64,000 nucleotides of DNA from the human T2T-CHM13v2.0 reference genome, Homo sapiens. The notes beneath the pieces were generated by a model. That model was given only the letters and a program-made list of their open reading frames with translations, was not told the DNA's origin and did not search any database. Where the stretch lies: the NCBI RefSeq assembly GCF_009914755.1, contig NC_060926.1. One strand, written 5' to 3'. This document shows, piece by piece, positions 1 through 14,485 of this stretch; positions within the stretch are counted from its first letter, which is position 1, and each line of letters begins with the position of its first letter. Both the position numbers and the translations under genes were made by a program.

Positions 1-235
1 GCTTCCACTTATATGAAGTTCAGGAACAGGCAAAATTGATCTTTGATGATAGACATCAGAAGAGTGATTGTCTATGACAGGTGAGGATTGATTCAAAGGG
101 GAGCATGAACGAACTTTCTGGAATGATGAAATTGTTCTTTATCTTGATTGAAGTGTATGCATTTGTCACAACTCAGTGGCTCATAAAATTATGATTTATG
201 CAGTTCACAGGATATAAATTTCATCTCAATAAAAA
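1..235 (+). mobile_element. Old L1 (L1ME-like) 3' end fragment
   Basis: ttccacttatatgaagttcaggaacaggcaaaattgatct... resembles L1M 3' UTR. Confidence 0.6.
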
Positions 236-1931
236 GTGCGATGAGACCATTGTATTTATGCTGAGCAAGCAATCATATTATCTGAAGCATAATATTCAAG
301 ATGACATAAAAAGAGCTTGTCCCAGCTGGCATGCCACCATGCAGCCCCCACCTGTATCTGCTTTCTCATTAAGCAAAACCTTCCCATAGGCCAGCTGTGG
401 TCTGCAATGCTTCCATGTAGACTCACAAAAGCAAAGGCAGTTTCTTGCTTGTTCTCTCCTTCCCTCAAATGCAGCCACTGAGGAGGCAAGACCCCCAAAC
501 TGTCCCCTCCTGTCTCTTCCCTTAGCAATAGTAACTGGCTTCTGATCAGCCCCGCTGGCTGTCCAAGCTCTGCAATTTGCACTAGGGCCTCCCCCCATCC
601 CTTTAGAGTCAGTGCTATCATTCCCACCTTTGAGAAGACGCAGAGATGGCAGCTGCAAAGGCGTCAGGCCAGGTGTCACAGCTGCCCTTGACTCTGTGAT
701 CTCCAGCAGGGTCCCTTGAAACTCTGGCTGAGAAGGCACAATCATATGCCCATGTCATGGTGGAAGGAGGGTGAAGCAAATTTTCCGAGCTGGCTGCAGC
801 CCAGTCTGGTCTACCTGGTTCTCCTCCTGGCCTTCTGAGCCCCAAAGATGGATCTGGGACTGATCCACCACTGGGTCCCCCAGGAAAACCACCTGAGTGC
901 CTCCCTGGTGCCTTTCATACAGTAGAAGAGAGAAAGACAAAGGAGGAGGAGGAGCAGGAAGGGATGAGTCTGTCAGCTACCAGAAAAAGACAAAACCGCC
1001 TTCCTACTTCTTGGGTTCACACCATCTCTGACAGAATTGGTTTCTAAAGCAAGTGAGCCTGACTTCTGGAATCACACAGCCCCCAGGCATTGCCAAGAGT
1101 AAGCAATGGGAAGAGAATTTCCAGGCTAAGGGCAGTGTCCCGTCTTCTGTTGGTGCTCTGTAGTCATGGAAACAGGCTGGGCCAGGATTGCAGGACAGAG
1201 ATGGGAAGGATCACGGAGTCTGTCCTAGATGTCACTAGGCTTTGCTCAGCCTCGCCCACTGCAGAGCACTCTCAGAAGGTCTCCATCACCCACTAGGGGA
1301 CAGGGTGCAACACAACTCCTTGCCTTCAAGGAGTCAAGCCCAGCTCACCCACTCTAGTAGAACCAGAAAGGATGGCGACCCTTAGGAACCCAGAGACCCG
1401 CCTGGTCCCATTCAAGAAACAGAGCTCAGACCCACAAGTAATGAAGGGGGATTCACTTTACTCACAACTCTTGATGAATACCAGACTCCAAATGCAACAC
1501 ATGCCTCCCTGTTACTCTCACCCTTGCTCCAGCGCCCGTGCCAAATCCCCTTCTTCCCCTCCCGGCCTCAGTTTCCACATTGCCTCCTGCTCCCTCTGCC
1601 CAACCTTGCTGGTGAGTCCAGACTTTAATCATCTTCTCTCCGTTCTCATGATTCTGCATCACAGAAGCCAAAACATCTGACTAAGGAAGGGAGACCCCTC
1701 CTCATGGGGCAGAGGATGGGATAGCTAAGAAGGTGGTGCCCAAAGATCAGATTCTAAATGGTGCATGATGGGCAGGAAAGAGCTGGGAGCCTGGGAACAA
1801 CTGCCAGTTCACTAAGATGGCCCCAGCACAGACAGAGTTGTGGGGTGCAGCTCAGTTTCACGGGCTCCAGAGCTAAGACTATGAGGAAGCAGGCCTGGAG
1901 AGGACTTGGAAGATGAGAAGGGTGAGGGGTG

Positions 1932-1990
1932 CAGAGAGAGAGAGAGAGAAAAGAGAAAGAGAGAAAGAGAAGAGAGGAAGAGAGAGAGAG
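1932..1990. repeat. GA-rich simple repeat
   Basis: agagagagagagagagaaaagagaaagagagaaag... Confidence 0.9.
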
Positions 1991-3699
1991 CATCCTAGGA
2001 GTGGGGGAGGGCAGCAAGCACAGCACTCAGCTGTACCCAGGACGGATGGAGCATGACTGTCCATTTATACACTCAGTGACAGGCAGCCTCCCAGGAAGGG
2101 CTGTGTTTTATTTCATGATTTGTGCTTTGCTGAAGCAGCTGAGATTACACCTGGCTCCCTCGGCAGCTGCTGCTGGGGTGTTCCTGAGTGTGGAGCCAAC
2201 AGAAGGCTGGGTGGGGCAGAGGCAGCCTCAGTCACTTTGGGGAGAGTCAGAAGAGGGCGCTGGGCCATCGAGGCCGCATGCAAGGGCTTCTCTTCTTTGG
2301 TCAGGAGGGTGTGGAGGGAGCTATTCCCAGACAGCCCTCAGCTCAGGACACCATATCCTTCAGACTAAGTCTCTCCTGTACACCTGAAGGCTCAGGTGTA
2401 GGTTCCTGTCCACCAATGAGATGTTGAGGAAGGACCTCACCTGCCAGGTCTCTAGGCACACCTTTATCATCTGTCAAAGCTGCTGATGGGAACATCAACC
2501 AAATGCCCACACACTCAGAGCTGACACTCAGCCATCTACTGCGCAGGCAAACACTGCAGCCCTGTTATGGGTCTCAATATCTTGATGGACAAGTACCATG
2601 ACTTCTTTTAAATATATGGCACAGCACCTCCTGCCATTCACTTCTATCAAGTTTGCTAACCTATGACCACAGCCTATAGCTTCCATGTGTTAAGGATCAG
2701 GGCTATGGTGGTCTCAATGTGAGGTGGTGAGCATCCTCTCTTCTTGCCTACATTGCAGTTCTTACAGGCATCAAAGCCTCTGTTTTAAACACTGAGTCTA
2801 TGGCCTTTCTCCCCACAATTCTCCAGCTGACTCCCTGATGTGGATGTGGCCACACAATGAGCTGCCCGCTGCAGGAATCCCTTTGTTTGACTACAGGGCC
2901 CTTTCAACCCTCCCCTGGCACTTCATCCCCCAACCTACCCTATCAGCTCAACCTACCATGTCCCTGAGTCTATCCCAACCATATCACATGCACCCCATTC
3001 CCACCACCAGTCCATCCAGCCTTGGGCTTTTAAACTAGCAGATGACCCCCATGCCAGGAAGAGCCCTCCAGGAAGAAGAACTCTCTGCCAACTCCCATGC
3101 AGCTCAATCCTGAAAGTGTCCAGAACTTGTTCACTGCCTCCATATTTGTTTTTTTCCCCCTAAATTGTCTCATTTTCCCGAGTCCTAGATCCCAGATTCA
3201 GCTCCAGTCCACAGCAGGATGCTTGGTTCATCACCCAGACCTGCACCTTGGACACCACACATCACTCAGCTCTTTGTCAACATGTATCCCTCAGGCTGCA
3301 TCTGCTTGCAGCCACCCCAGGGACTGCTCTGCAACCCAGCCTTACTTTTCTGCACGTTTGGTGTCCCCATCACATCAGATCCCAGACATTGCACCTTTGC
3401 TGGCAATAGCCCCCACCCTCAACCTCTCTCACCAACCTACCACCTCCACCCCAGCCCTCCCCCTTCTCAAGCCTCCACTTGGCTCTCCTGCTCATTACTC
3501 ACCAAGACAGGGCCTTGCAAAACTCGTGGCAGGAGGCATGTTGAGGGCAATGGCAGTATCCCCAGATCAACTGCCTCTCACTCACCAAGCCAATTCACTT
3601 TAGTAAGGGGAGCTGAACTGGGCTCATCCAGCCATGCCTGGCATGGCCATGTTCACAGCACAAAGTGTCCCTGTGCTCTGCAATGTAGCAGTGGTTGGC

Positions 3700-3900
3700 A
3701 TTGATTGATCATGGATACCATGCCAGATGGTGCAATAGGCTTCACACAAATTCACCTCCTCTTCACCACCAACCTATGAAGTTCATTTCCAGATGAGGAA
3801 ATGGAAGCTTACAGAGACTGAGTAGCTTTCCAGGGTCACATGGCCAGAGCTCAATTCAAACCCAGCTCTGTCCAGGCCAAGGCCTGGGTTCCGAATCGTT
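3700..3900. mobile_element. MIR
   Basis: catttccagatgaggaaatggaagcttacagag...cagggtcacatggcc MIR core. Confidence 0.65.
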
Positions 3901-3939
3901 CACATATAGGGCTTCTTAGCATTCCCCCTTAATGGGAGA

Positions 3940-4870
3940 TGTATTCATTCACTGTTTTCTTCAACAAACATTTGTTTAGCACCTACTATGTGCAGGTCTC
4001 TGTGTTAGGCCTCTGACATTAGGAACAGAGCGAGCCAGTTCCCTCCCCGCATGCCCTCAAGAGTGTTTAGTTTACAGGGATATTTATGTCCACAGACAAA
4101 TCGTGAACAAGTAAACAAGTGAGTAACATAACTTCCAGAGCCACGAGTACTATGAAGAAAATAAAATCTGTTGGAGACAGAATGAATAATGAGAAGAGAG
4201 AGGAAGTAATTATTTAAGCAGATTATGGACAGAGGCCTGTCCAAGCAAGGGAACCTTCAGCCAAACACACAATATCTAGGGGAAGGTATTTCAGTCTTAG
4301 GAGCCCCTGGCACAAATTCCCCAAAGCAGGAAGACTTCGCATGGTAGGAAAACAGGAAACCAGTGGGATTGAAGTATGCAGACTAAGAGATGGAATCATA
4401 TGAGATGATGTCAGAGGAGTAGGCAAGGCCAGTGTTGAAGGTCTGAGAGGACTTGGTAATGTCGGATTTTATCCATTTGCAGTGGACTAAGCAGAAGACT
4501 GATACTATCTTCTATCTACCTGTTTCAGTGGAAAGGGATTTTAAAAGATCCTTGTGATCACTGTGTAATGCATGAATGGGGCTGTGGATGGGGTATAATA
4601 AGATGGGCCCTATAAGACCCTTGCAGAGAATTTTGGGGTCAGGTTTCAAGAAGAGCCAATGACCTACTGATGGGTTAGACATGGGAGGAGAAGAAAGAGA
4701 AATTGAGGGAAAAGAAGAGTAACTGCTAGAATGTGTGCTTGAGAAATTAACTGTATGGATGGTGATAAAATTAGCTGAGATGGGAAAAACAGAAAAGCAA
4801 CAAGTTAGGGTGGGGAGTGTTAAAATCAAAGGTCACAGTAAGCATGTTAACTTTGGGGTGCCTCTCAGAA
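3940..4870 (-). mobile_element. L2 fragment
   Basis: ttcattc...caacaaacatttgtttagcacctactatgtg is the reverse complement of the L2 3' end; purine-rich body. Confidence 0.65.
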
Positions 4871-5017
4871 AATGAATGGAGAGACAGCACAGGTCCACAA
4901 AGCCTCATTGAATGTATAATTCCAAAATCTACAAACCACAGAAAACCAAGCAGTGTTTCGTAATTCATTTACCAGCAAATTTTGACCTGATATGAAATGA
5001 AGCTCAGAGAAGGAACC

Positions 5018-5401
5018 TGATATGGTTTGGCTCTGTGTCCCCACCCAAATCTCATGTCAAGTTATAATCCTCAATGTTGGAGGAGCAACCTGGTGGGAGG
5101 TGATTCGATCATGGGGACGGACTTCCCCCTTGCTGTTCTCATGATAGTGAGTGAGTTCTCATGAGATCTGGTTGTTTAAAAGTGTGTAGCACCCCCTCCT
5201 TCGCTCTCTCTTCCTCCAGCTCCCACCATGTAAGATGTGCTGGCTTCCCCTTTACCTTCCTCCATGATTGTAAGTTTCCTGAGGCCTCCCTAGCCATGCT
5301 TCCTGTACAGCCTGCAGAACTGTGAGTCAATTAAACCTCTTTTCTTTATGAATTACCCAGTCTCAGGCAGTTCAATAGCAATGCCAAAACGAACTAACAC
5401 A
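5018..5401 (+). mobile_element. MaLR solo LTR (MSTA/THE1-like)
   Basis: Starts tgatatggtttggctctgtgtccccacccaaatctcatg; ends ...gaactaacaca; contains tgtgagtcaattaaacctcttttc. Confidence 0.85.
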
Positions 5402-8400
5402 GATTTTTGTAATCCCACTTAGAGTGAATATCCACGTTTCACTGCAGAAATATCAATATGTTTGATTACAGGATGCTCTAACAGATCCTGCTGGAGCTAT
5501 TAAGTTTCTACAGTTTAAAAATTCTGAATTCTAAAACACATATCTAGTGCACAGAATTTCAGGTAAGAAATTATAAAGCTGAATGGAATTGAAAATACAA
5601 GTCTAGAGCTCTAGGGAAAGGCCAGGGGCTCAGTGCTGAAGATTAAAAAAATTAGGACCATCAGCGCCAAGGTGATATTTAAAGCCTTGACACCAGACTT
5701 TACCTTGGGAAAGACTGTACATACAGGAAGGCCAGAGCCTGAGCCTGAGAGGCACCAGTATTTAGAGGGTGTGCAGAAGAGGTGCAGATTTTTACTCTGA
5801 TTTACAGAAGTGAGCACTGAGGCTTATGGAGGGAAAGCAGTTTGCAGAGGCTGCAGAGCTGTGCAGACATCAGCAGGTTCCAAGTTCTCGGCCCACCTCT
5901 GCATGGTGAGCTGTTCGGTTGGCCCTGAAACCCACTGAGGTTAACTGGCCCCTGTGGGGTGAACCTGCTGTATCTGAGCACATCCACTTTGAGTTCTAAA
6001 TCTTCACGATCTTGGGTATGGTATCCCTGCTGCCAATCACTGCTCATTTCCTCCCTCCCTGAGCCACCAGTGTGCCCTGTAGACATCATTCATCATATTG
6101 AGTTGTGATCAGCTATTTGTGGTCTGTTCCTCCCACCAAGTTGTGCAATAATTGAGGACAGACATTGTATCTTAATCATTGGAAACTCAGTAAATATGTG
6201 TTGAGTTGTCCTAAAATCATACAGGTGTTCAAATACGTGTAGGAATCCCCTCAACTGTATCAATTCAGCCAACAGAGAAGTCTGTGGCATAAACATGAAA
6301 GATACAAACCACGCTGACCCCAGCTGAGCCTGGCGCTCCCCCCGTGTTACATAAATGAGCCAAAGATGACTTTTGTGTCTTGGCCCCTAGGTTGGTTACT
6401 TCTTCACAGCAAGCTAAGACCCATTAGTTCAAAAGCCTGCTGGAATCACATTCAAATGTTTACACATTCAATAGTTTTAAAAATAGCCCAAATAAGTAGA
6501 TTCTCAGCTGTTTATAGCCTGCTTGCTTTGCACACTCTGCAGAACTGGACCCAGCATCTGCAGCCATAGATAAGATCAACCCAAGAGCTATTAAGACCTC
6601 AAGCTGTTGCTGCCCTTTGGAGCTCTCTGATCTAGAAAAGTGCTGAACAACCTCACCTAGACACATGACGCCCCTGCGTGAAGCCCCCTCTCCCCCAGGG
6701 GTTCCCTTGTCCTCCTCCTCCTTCAGGTGGTAACCCTCATACCATAGCCTCTAGATGACCTCTTGCTGTGAGGGACATGCGAATCTGTCAAAGCACCACC
6801 CACATAAAGCTTGTGGTGCTATTGCCACCTCATGATCAGCCCCCAAATCCTTCAAACCTACACCAAGGCTGTCAGATTCCCCTCCCACCTTCCCTACACA
6901 GAGGCTGTCAGCCAGGAACTCTGCTGAGACCAGAACATCACCCTGTGGCAGTGAGCTGCTCCAGCATTTGAAGGAGAGTGTCTATTTTCCAAGAGCTTCT
7001 CATGACTTTCTCACGCCAGATCATTACCCTTGCCCAATAGATGAGCATGGCACAGGTCCATCCATCACACATTTTGAGCACCTACCATGTCCCAAGCTCT
7101 GACCTAAGGCCTTGAAGAGTCGAGCCCAATAAGGGAGACTGACATTTAAACAAACCCTTTCAAGGTGGGATGTTCATATCCTAAGGGGTGAAATATTCAG
7201 AGAACAGGACTTTTAAGGTAAAAGTCAGTACGTTCCAGCCAGGCATGAAAGGAAAGGGCATTGCAGTGTGTGCTCAGGAGGAACCTGGAGGGTTTGGGAA
7301 GCTGCAGGTGGCTGGAGTTGGTGGGAATAGGAGGCAGTATGTGCCATGAGTGGGAGCACCCAAGTCTGGAGACCCTCTTCAACCAGACCAGGGGTTGGAG
7401 TAACTGAAGGTTTTTGGTAGGGAATGATGATCAACTGTGCGCTTAGGTCAGTGGCGTGGTGGGTCAGCCTTCTAGAAGACTCTCTGGAACTCCGTTTGCA
7501 TGAAGATGTCATGTTCACCATCTTTCCAAGGTCTGTGCCTTCCATGCCTTACCTAGGCCTTGGGAGGGGGATGGCTCAGGTCTCTGTAGCTGTAGGACGC
7601 TCAGCAGTGCCCATGTTCCAACTCCTTCTCAGCACATGACCAGCTCACAGGTGGCTAAAAATAGTCCAGCCTTAGACACTCTAATTGGTGCTTGGGGGCA
7701 GGGGAAGGCCAGAGTAGATGAGCTCGGGGATCCCACAGGTCCCAGCTGTGCAAGCATGACCCAATTTTCAAGGCAGGTAATTTCCATGAGAAGTGGCTTC
7801 CTGGCATTCAGGGACCAACACTTGACCTACTTCCCCACCAACCCTTCCCACAGAATGGGGATGTTTCAATAGGGAGCATTCCCTTCCTCCCCGACTTTAT
7901 TAAGACAATTCATCTCACACCTGCCCCTGGTTAGTCTCCTAAGGGTCCTGGGCCTTTGGGCCACTCCTGTACTCTGTCCTAACTGAATGCAGAGGCCAGG
8001 CTGCCCAACCAGTCATGGGTCACTTTTGTGGACTGGCCCCTGCACAGCTAACAGTCGCCCCATCCCAGTCCAGGTAAGGAGATGACTGGAGGGAAGGAAG
8101 AAGGAAGTAGAGAGCCACTGTAGGAATTGAGATAAACAGAAGTGCCATGTAGGGACATTGTGCCCACAGCCACTGCCCCTCCCCAGAAAAGCTGAAAAGT
8201 GAGAGGTTCCATGAGTACCCCTCACAGACTGGGGACACCCCCAGGGAGGAAGCCTGACACCCTGCCTGGCTAGAGGCTGAGTGCACTAGAAGCTGCAGGG
8301 TCCCCGTGGGCTAGCCCGGAAAAAAGAGGCTTGTGGGAAGACACTTGGGGGAGGACTTGAGATGTACCCCCAGAGCTGGGGGGCTGAATGTGGATGTGGA

Positions 8401-11319
8401 AACCAGTGCACATTTCTCCTTTGGGGATTTCTGAAGGCAGAATACTCATTGAAGCTTATAATGGTGGCAGAACACATTGAGGGCACACACCACCAGGTCC
8501 CTGTGCTCCTTGGGAGGCAGAGTTGGACCCTGGCAGTTCTCAGGCTTCGTGTCAGGGAATTTCAGGGGCTAGCCTGAAGGAGGCAAGGGCTGTGGTGGCT
8601 GCTGAACCCAGACAGGTGGAAACCCACCCAGAGAGGAGTCTGGGATGTGGACCCTGACAGGGCTCAAGGGAAGCTTGGCCATCCTCTCTTAGGGAGTCTC
8701 TGAAAAGGTGGAGTCTAGGGTAAAGCAGATGCTGACCCTGGGCAATCCCACACACCATGCACACAGAGTCCACCTGGCAGAAGACGAAGCCAGGCCAAGC
8801 TGGGGCGGCCTGGAGCTGTCCCCCACCAACAGGTGGCCCATCCCCTGAGAGTCTTGTGGCCATGTCTCCATCTGGAAGACAAGAGGTCCATGACTCTCTC
8901 ACATTTCCGATGTCTTACAACTGAAGCATGGACTGACCGTTTGTTCCAGAGGTGCAGACCAACATTATCCCTGTTTTGCAGATTGGGAAACAGAGGCACC
9001 CACAAGAGAAGGGATGAAATCAAAGCACACAGCCTGGGAATGCCAGAAGAAGCTTAGATATCTGAGGTTTGCACTCCTAACCGCTGCTTCCCAGGGCAGC
9101 TAGAATGCCTGGGCATGGCTAGGCCCCTGAATGTACTCCCGTTCTTGGCAGCTGTTTCTAATAATCCAATTTTTCCATGAAGCTGACACACAAGTCATTA
9201 CTCACAGGTCTAGATTCCCTGCAAATAGATGCTCTCATTGCTTGCTGGCTGAATGGGATATCAGGATCCCTGTCATCTGTCATCTGGCCAGGCTGCTGCT
9301 CTGGTCCCTCCCTTCCCCCACCTTGGTGCTACACGGTCTATCAGTGCCCATTCCTCCATTCTGTTTCTTGCAACCTCAGGGCTCCCCGGACAATTCCCAT
9401 GTGCCAGTCTTTGCATCCCTTTGCCTAGGGCCTTTCTCTGGCTGCTGAAGCACAGAGGTGCTGGGGAATGAATCCCCCTAGAAAGCAACCCCCAACCAAT
9501 GACAGGGTGCAGTGTGCACATACCCCAGCTTCCTCACCCTTGGATGAGGTACTTGTGAGGTGTGCATTCTTCACTGGCCCCAAAGTTCCCCAGTGGGAGT
9601 AAACCCAAGCGTCCACAGTGCTAATTTGTTTTACAACCAAGGCGTCCTGCCCTTCCAGGCCTCCCCTCCCATTTCCTACCAGTGTGGCTTGGGATCACTT
9701 CCAGAAGAATCCAATCTTTGTCTGAGGATCTGTTGCTGGGGAAGCCAAACAAGGGTAACCCGCCTCCCTTCCTCCAGCCCAAACAGAAAAGAAGTGGGTG
9801 CTACCTCATCTGCCCCCTTTAAGGCCCATTCTCCCTGCTTTCCTCCAGCTCCGACTCTCCAGCCCCTCCTAAGCTCCTGCAGTGAAGAGGTCCCCCTCCC
9901 TCCTGCCCCAGAGAAAAGCCTGTTGGACAGATGAAGAAGCTGAGGCCCAGAAAGATTCAGTGACCCTGTGGAGAGCTGTCCCCACCAGCCCCCTCCTCAC
10001 CACCACATGGGCAGGAAGATTGCTTGGGGCTTCTGGGACCTGAATACATTTTTATTTCTTTGGGTCTCCTCACCTGGCATCTTTCATTCCTGAATAATAT
10101 GTGAGATATTTCTCCCTCTTGTTCTCTCTGCCTGTTTCATCTTTCCAGGCCCAGGAGGGCGTGCTGGGGTCTCCAGGTGCCCACCCCCACGCAGGCAGCT
10201 TGCCCCAGAGCACACTGGGGCTGAAATGCTGTCTGTCCTTCCTGCCCGGGATGCTGACCTGCAGCTCTGCTTGGCAGGGATTTGTGGGCACACATTAAAA
10301 CTCAGGAAGGATGTTCTCCTCCTTCTGTCACCCCTGGCACCTTAAAAATCTCTCGTCTAATTTGTTTTGTAGCTTGAATTTCACTTCATTGTTTTCAGCC
10401 CATTCTCATAACCACTGAGATTCTGTTGAATTCTTTCTGTTATTCTCACTGGTGTTTATGTTCCCTCCCAATTTCATATTCTCTCTAAATGTAATTAGCA
10501 GACTATGTATCCAAATCACTAAAAAGGCTGTCAGGGATTGCTCATGGTGAAGGCCGATGGCCTTGCCTCTCTCCAGCCCCACTCACACACACACCATGCA
10601 TGGGCATTGCCAACTGCCCGGGTGCCTGGGCACCGCTGTCTTCTGCCACCCTGGCAACTGAGGGTGCAGCTTTTTGAACAGGGCTGAGGGGAGCTGCTCC
10701 AGCTGAGCCTCCAGACTGCCCCACACTGGGGGGGACCAAGGAACACTTGCAGTCAAGGTCATCCAATTGCCCACACCACATTCCTTCCCCATCTCTGTGC
10801 ATGTGGTTAACCTCTCTGAATAACAGGCTTTTCCTCTGTGCAGGAAGGACAATGGCACCTGCTTCTCACTCTGTATGCATGGAGGGGAGGTGGGAGTGGG
10901 ATGAGGTGAGATGATATGTCCACAGCAAGCAGCCTGGAGCTGGGACAGAGGAGATATTAAGTAAAAGCTTACTTCTTCCCCCCATTCCTCTGAATCAAGA
11001 ACAAATGTGCACTGTGGGCTTGGGTGAATCTCTCCACTTCTGCTATGGCTAATGTGATCACAGGGAGATTTTTGGAAGAAGATGAATTTGTCCAAATCCC
11101 TCCTAAAACTATAGCTTTTTGAGTGTCCATTCCTGGGTACCAGGCTCTGACCAGGACCACCTCCAGGGACATGCAGCTCTTGGGGTCATATCTAAAATGG
11201 GAAGGTCTCATTGGTTCTTTAAGAAGGGGCTCATCTTATTTTGCTTCTGCAAGTATACCCAGCAGCTCACAATGCCTGGCACACACTGGCTGTGGCACTA
11301 ACAGCCAGCAAGTCAATGT

Positions 11320-11735
11320 CCGCAGCCCCCTTTTTCTTTAACAACAGAACACCTGGATTTCAGCTAGACCCCAGGTCCTCTTGCAGTTGGCTGTGACCAT
11401 ATAACCAAGTTCTGGTCAATGCAACACATGCAAGTTTCAGGACAAGTCTTTAAAGAGAAAGAGATGCCCTTCCTTGCCCCTGCCTCCTCTGCTGCTATCC
11501 AGGATGCGAACTTGAGGGAAGGAGCTGGACCTGTTCCCTTGGACTATGTGATGGAAACTGCACATTGAACACATCAGAGCAGAAAGGGAGGAGTCTGAGT
11601 CCAATGCTGTCAGGCTTCACAGCAGCCCTGGCCACCTGCTGGACACCCACACAAGAGGGAAGTCGAGTTCTAGCCTATTAGGGCACTGGTTCATATTTTG
11701 TATATCTGCCCAAACTGTATCATGACTATTACAGG
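11320..11735 (+). mobile_element. MLT1-type LTR fragment
   Basis: cctcttgcagttggctgtgaccatataaccaagttctggtcaatg is typical of MLT1. Confidence 0.5.
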
Positions 11736-12494
11736 GAGTGTTTAATCAATATTCACTGACTGAATAGCAAACTTTAGAAATCATGAAGTTTTTCCAGAAC
11801 AAAGTCACAATAAAAATGAAACATACCTTGTATTAGGATTAACTGCAGGAGACTGACCTCTGGGATGGAGCAGTGAGGACTGGAGCACATGTTCTCCCTA
11901 GCAAACAACAATTCACCTAGAGAAAGTATAAAAACAATCATTTAAAGTCTCTGGAAATTGCTCCCGTGGCATACCAAAATAGAGAAGCATTTATTCAAGA
12001 AATCTACCAAATCTTCATAAGAATAGGGAGCGTCTGCGGACAGAACTAGCTCAGTCCCTCAGTCCCAAGCTCTGTCTTAGAGAAAGCACTCCAGGAGCTA
12101 GAATTCAAGTGGGTACCACCAAAAAGACAGGGATCCTCCTCTCTCCAGCTCCCAGTCTAGAGCTACAGTTTCTCTTGGTTACTGAGCCCTGCTCAGGGCA
12201 GGTATGGCCAAGAGGACAGGTTCCTTGAACTCAGCCTGTTTTGGATTCTGATGTTGTGACATCTGCGCCCTTAGTAGCTCTGAGAGGCTGCCTTTCTCAG
12301 CCCAGGGAGAGGCAATCCCTGGAGACAGTAAATGACCAGCTGTTGTAAATTGTGGGTTTTATTGTAACTCAGGTACAGTGAGGCCAACAGCCTGGACACA
12401 ACTGCCATTGAAAAGATAACTTGTTACTCACAGTCATGGGGAACTTTGAAAGAGGAAGCCAGGTTGAGTTGGATAAAGTTGGCCCAGGTATATG

Positions 12495-13050
12495 TCATAT
12501 CAGTCAAGGTTTTCCAGAGACACGGAACCAATGAGATAGATATAGATACAGATAAATGAGAAGGGATTTACTATGGGAATTAGCTCACACAACTATACAG
12601 GCTGAGATGTCCTGTGACCTGCTGCCTGCAAGCTGGAGAACCAGGGAAGCTGGTAGCCTGGCTCAGTCCAAGTCTGCAGGCCTGGGAACCAGGAGACCTG
12701 ATGGTGGAACTCTCATCTGAGGCCAAAGGCCTGAGAACCTGAGGGTCGCTGGTGCAAATCAGGAGTCTGAATGCTGGAGACCCTGGAGTTCCAATAAGCA
12801 GAAGGAGGGTGTCCCAGCTCTGGAGGAGGGAGGGAATTCACCTTTCCTCTTTTTGCTCTATATGGGTCTTCAATGGATTGGACAGTGTCACCTATATTGG
12901 GTGAGAGTGAACCTTCCTTTCTCAATCTACTGACTCAAATGCCAGTCTTTTCCAGAAACACTTCACAGGCCTACCCAGAAGTCATGCTCTTACCAGCTAT
13001 CTGGGTATCCATTAACCCAGTCTAGCTGACAGCTAAAATTAGCCATCATA
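12495..13050 (-). mobile_element. MLT2 (ERVL) LTR
   Basis: caaggttttccagagacacggaaccaat...gggaattagctcacac...ccagtctagctgacagctaaaattagccatca. Confidence 0.75.
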
Positions 13051-13169
13051 TGCCAAAATCCCTAGCAGAAGAAATCCATTCATTGCACTGGCAGTGCCAA
13101 GAGTGGGGTGGTCCAGTACCTCCTCCCCCAGCCTCCTCGTGGGGTGGCATAGTACAGGGCTGCCACCTC

Positions 13170-13465
13170 CAAGAGGTACTAGAGTGAGGCGAGTGAAGTA
13201 CTCACTTCAGGTACAAAATTTAAAGGGGCACCAAAAAACTCAGTAATCAAGGAAAATACTATTTCTTGTATCTATATTACATTATATATTGTATTATAAA
13301 TAAATATGTAAGAAATTAGAATTTTGTATTTATAAATAAATTATAAATAAAAATATTTTTTAAAGTCTAAATTAATGCAAAAAACACAATGAATAAAATA
13401 ACAAAATGAGAACAAAGATGAGATTCTAATTTCCAATTTTTCCTTTTGCCCCAGGCTCCAGAATG
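13170..13465. mobile_element. hAT-type DNA transposon remnant (MER96B-like) with AT-rich core
   Basis: gagtgaggcgagtgaag...caaaatttaaaggggcaccaaaaaactcagtaatcaag; subfamily uncertain. Confidence 0.4.
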
Positions 13466-14274
13466 ACCCCCCATGTATATGCCATTAGTGAGGGGCCCAG
13501 AGCCAAAGGGAAATAAGTGAGCAGCGCTTGGGCCTCTGCGATATCATTTGTTCTGTGTTGAAACTCACTAAGAGGAAATAAAGGTAGTGGAAATGGCAAC
13601 ATTCTAAGGGGGTAAAAGGCAGCCTCAGAAGGAATGAGGCCAGAATGCTCCCAAACACTCAGTCTCCACATTTCCAACCACTCATAAGATAGAACCTTCT
13701 TTTGGACACTGAGATGACCTGTCCACATGTAAGGGTGCATGTAACCCTCATAACAACCCCAGATCTTCAGTGTTCTTACTATCTGCATTTTATAAATGAG
13801 GAAGCAAGGTCCTGAGGCACTCTCACACAGCTGGCAAGGGGCAAGCCAGGACTAGATCCCAGACCATCCACCCCAGACTCCTGCTTTCAGCATCTACACC
13901 CCACTACCCATCATACATGGCCACAGTACCACTCTCCATGGTCAGCCTCCATGCCTGCACTCTGGCTGACCCCCCTGCACCTGGACCACTGGCTCCTGGG
14001 TTCCTTGTCACCTCTCAGATTTGGGCTCGTTGAAGGATCTGCATTGATTAGGATAGGGAATGACCAAGGAAGGGGTCTAAAAAGCAAATGCTTTCCCATT
14101 TGGCCAAGGAGACAAAGTAGGCATGAAACCTCCTGGGTCCAGGTAGCCAAGGAGGCACTGAGAATGAAAGATCCCAAAAACTTGAGCTGAAAACAACTGT
14201 CCTCTGTGCCTGAGTAGTTCCTGACCCATCACTAGTAGTCAACAAATGTTTGTTGAACTTCCAGTGAATTAATG

Positions 14275-14485
14275 CAGGGTTTCTCAGCCTCCGCACTGTG
14301 GACAATCTAGGCTAGATGCTTCTTTGTTGCTGGGGCTGTCCTGTGCATTTTAGGACGTTAAGCAGCATCCCTGGCCTCCACCCTCTAAAGGCCAGTAGTA
14401 CCTTCCAGCTGTGACAATCAATAATGTCTCCAAACATTGCCAAATGTCTCCTGCAGGGCAAAATCACCCAGCTGGGAGCCACTGT
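14275..14485. mobile_element. MER20 (hAT-Charlie)
   Basis: cagggtttctcagcctc...ggggctgtcctgtgcattttaggacgttaagcagcatccctggcctc...aatgtctccaaacattgccaaatgt. Confidence 0.8.

Noticed and set aside
3097-3704. 168- and 161-aa overlapping ORFs
   Set aside because: Low-complexity Pro/Ser/Leu content from C-rich DNA, with no domain or splice support.
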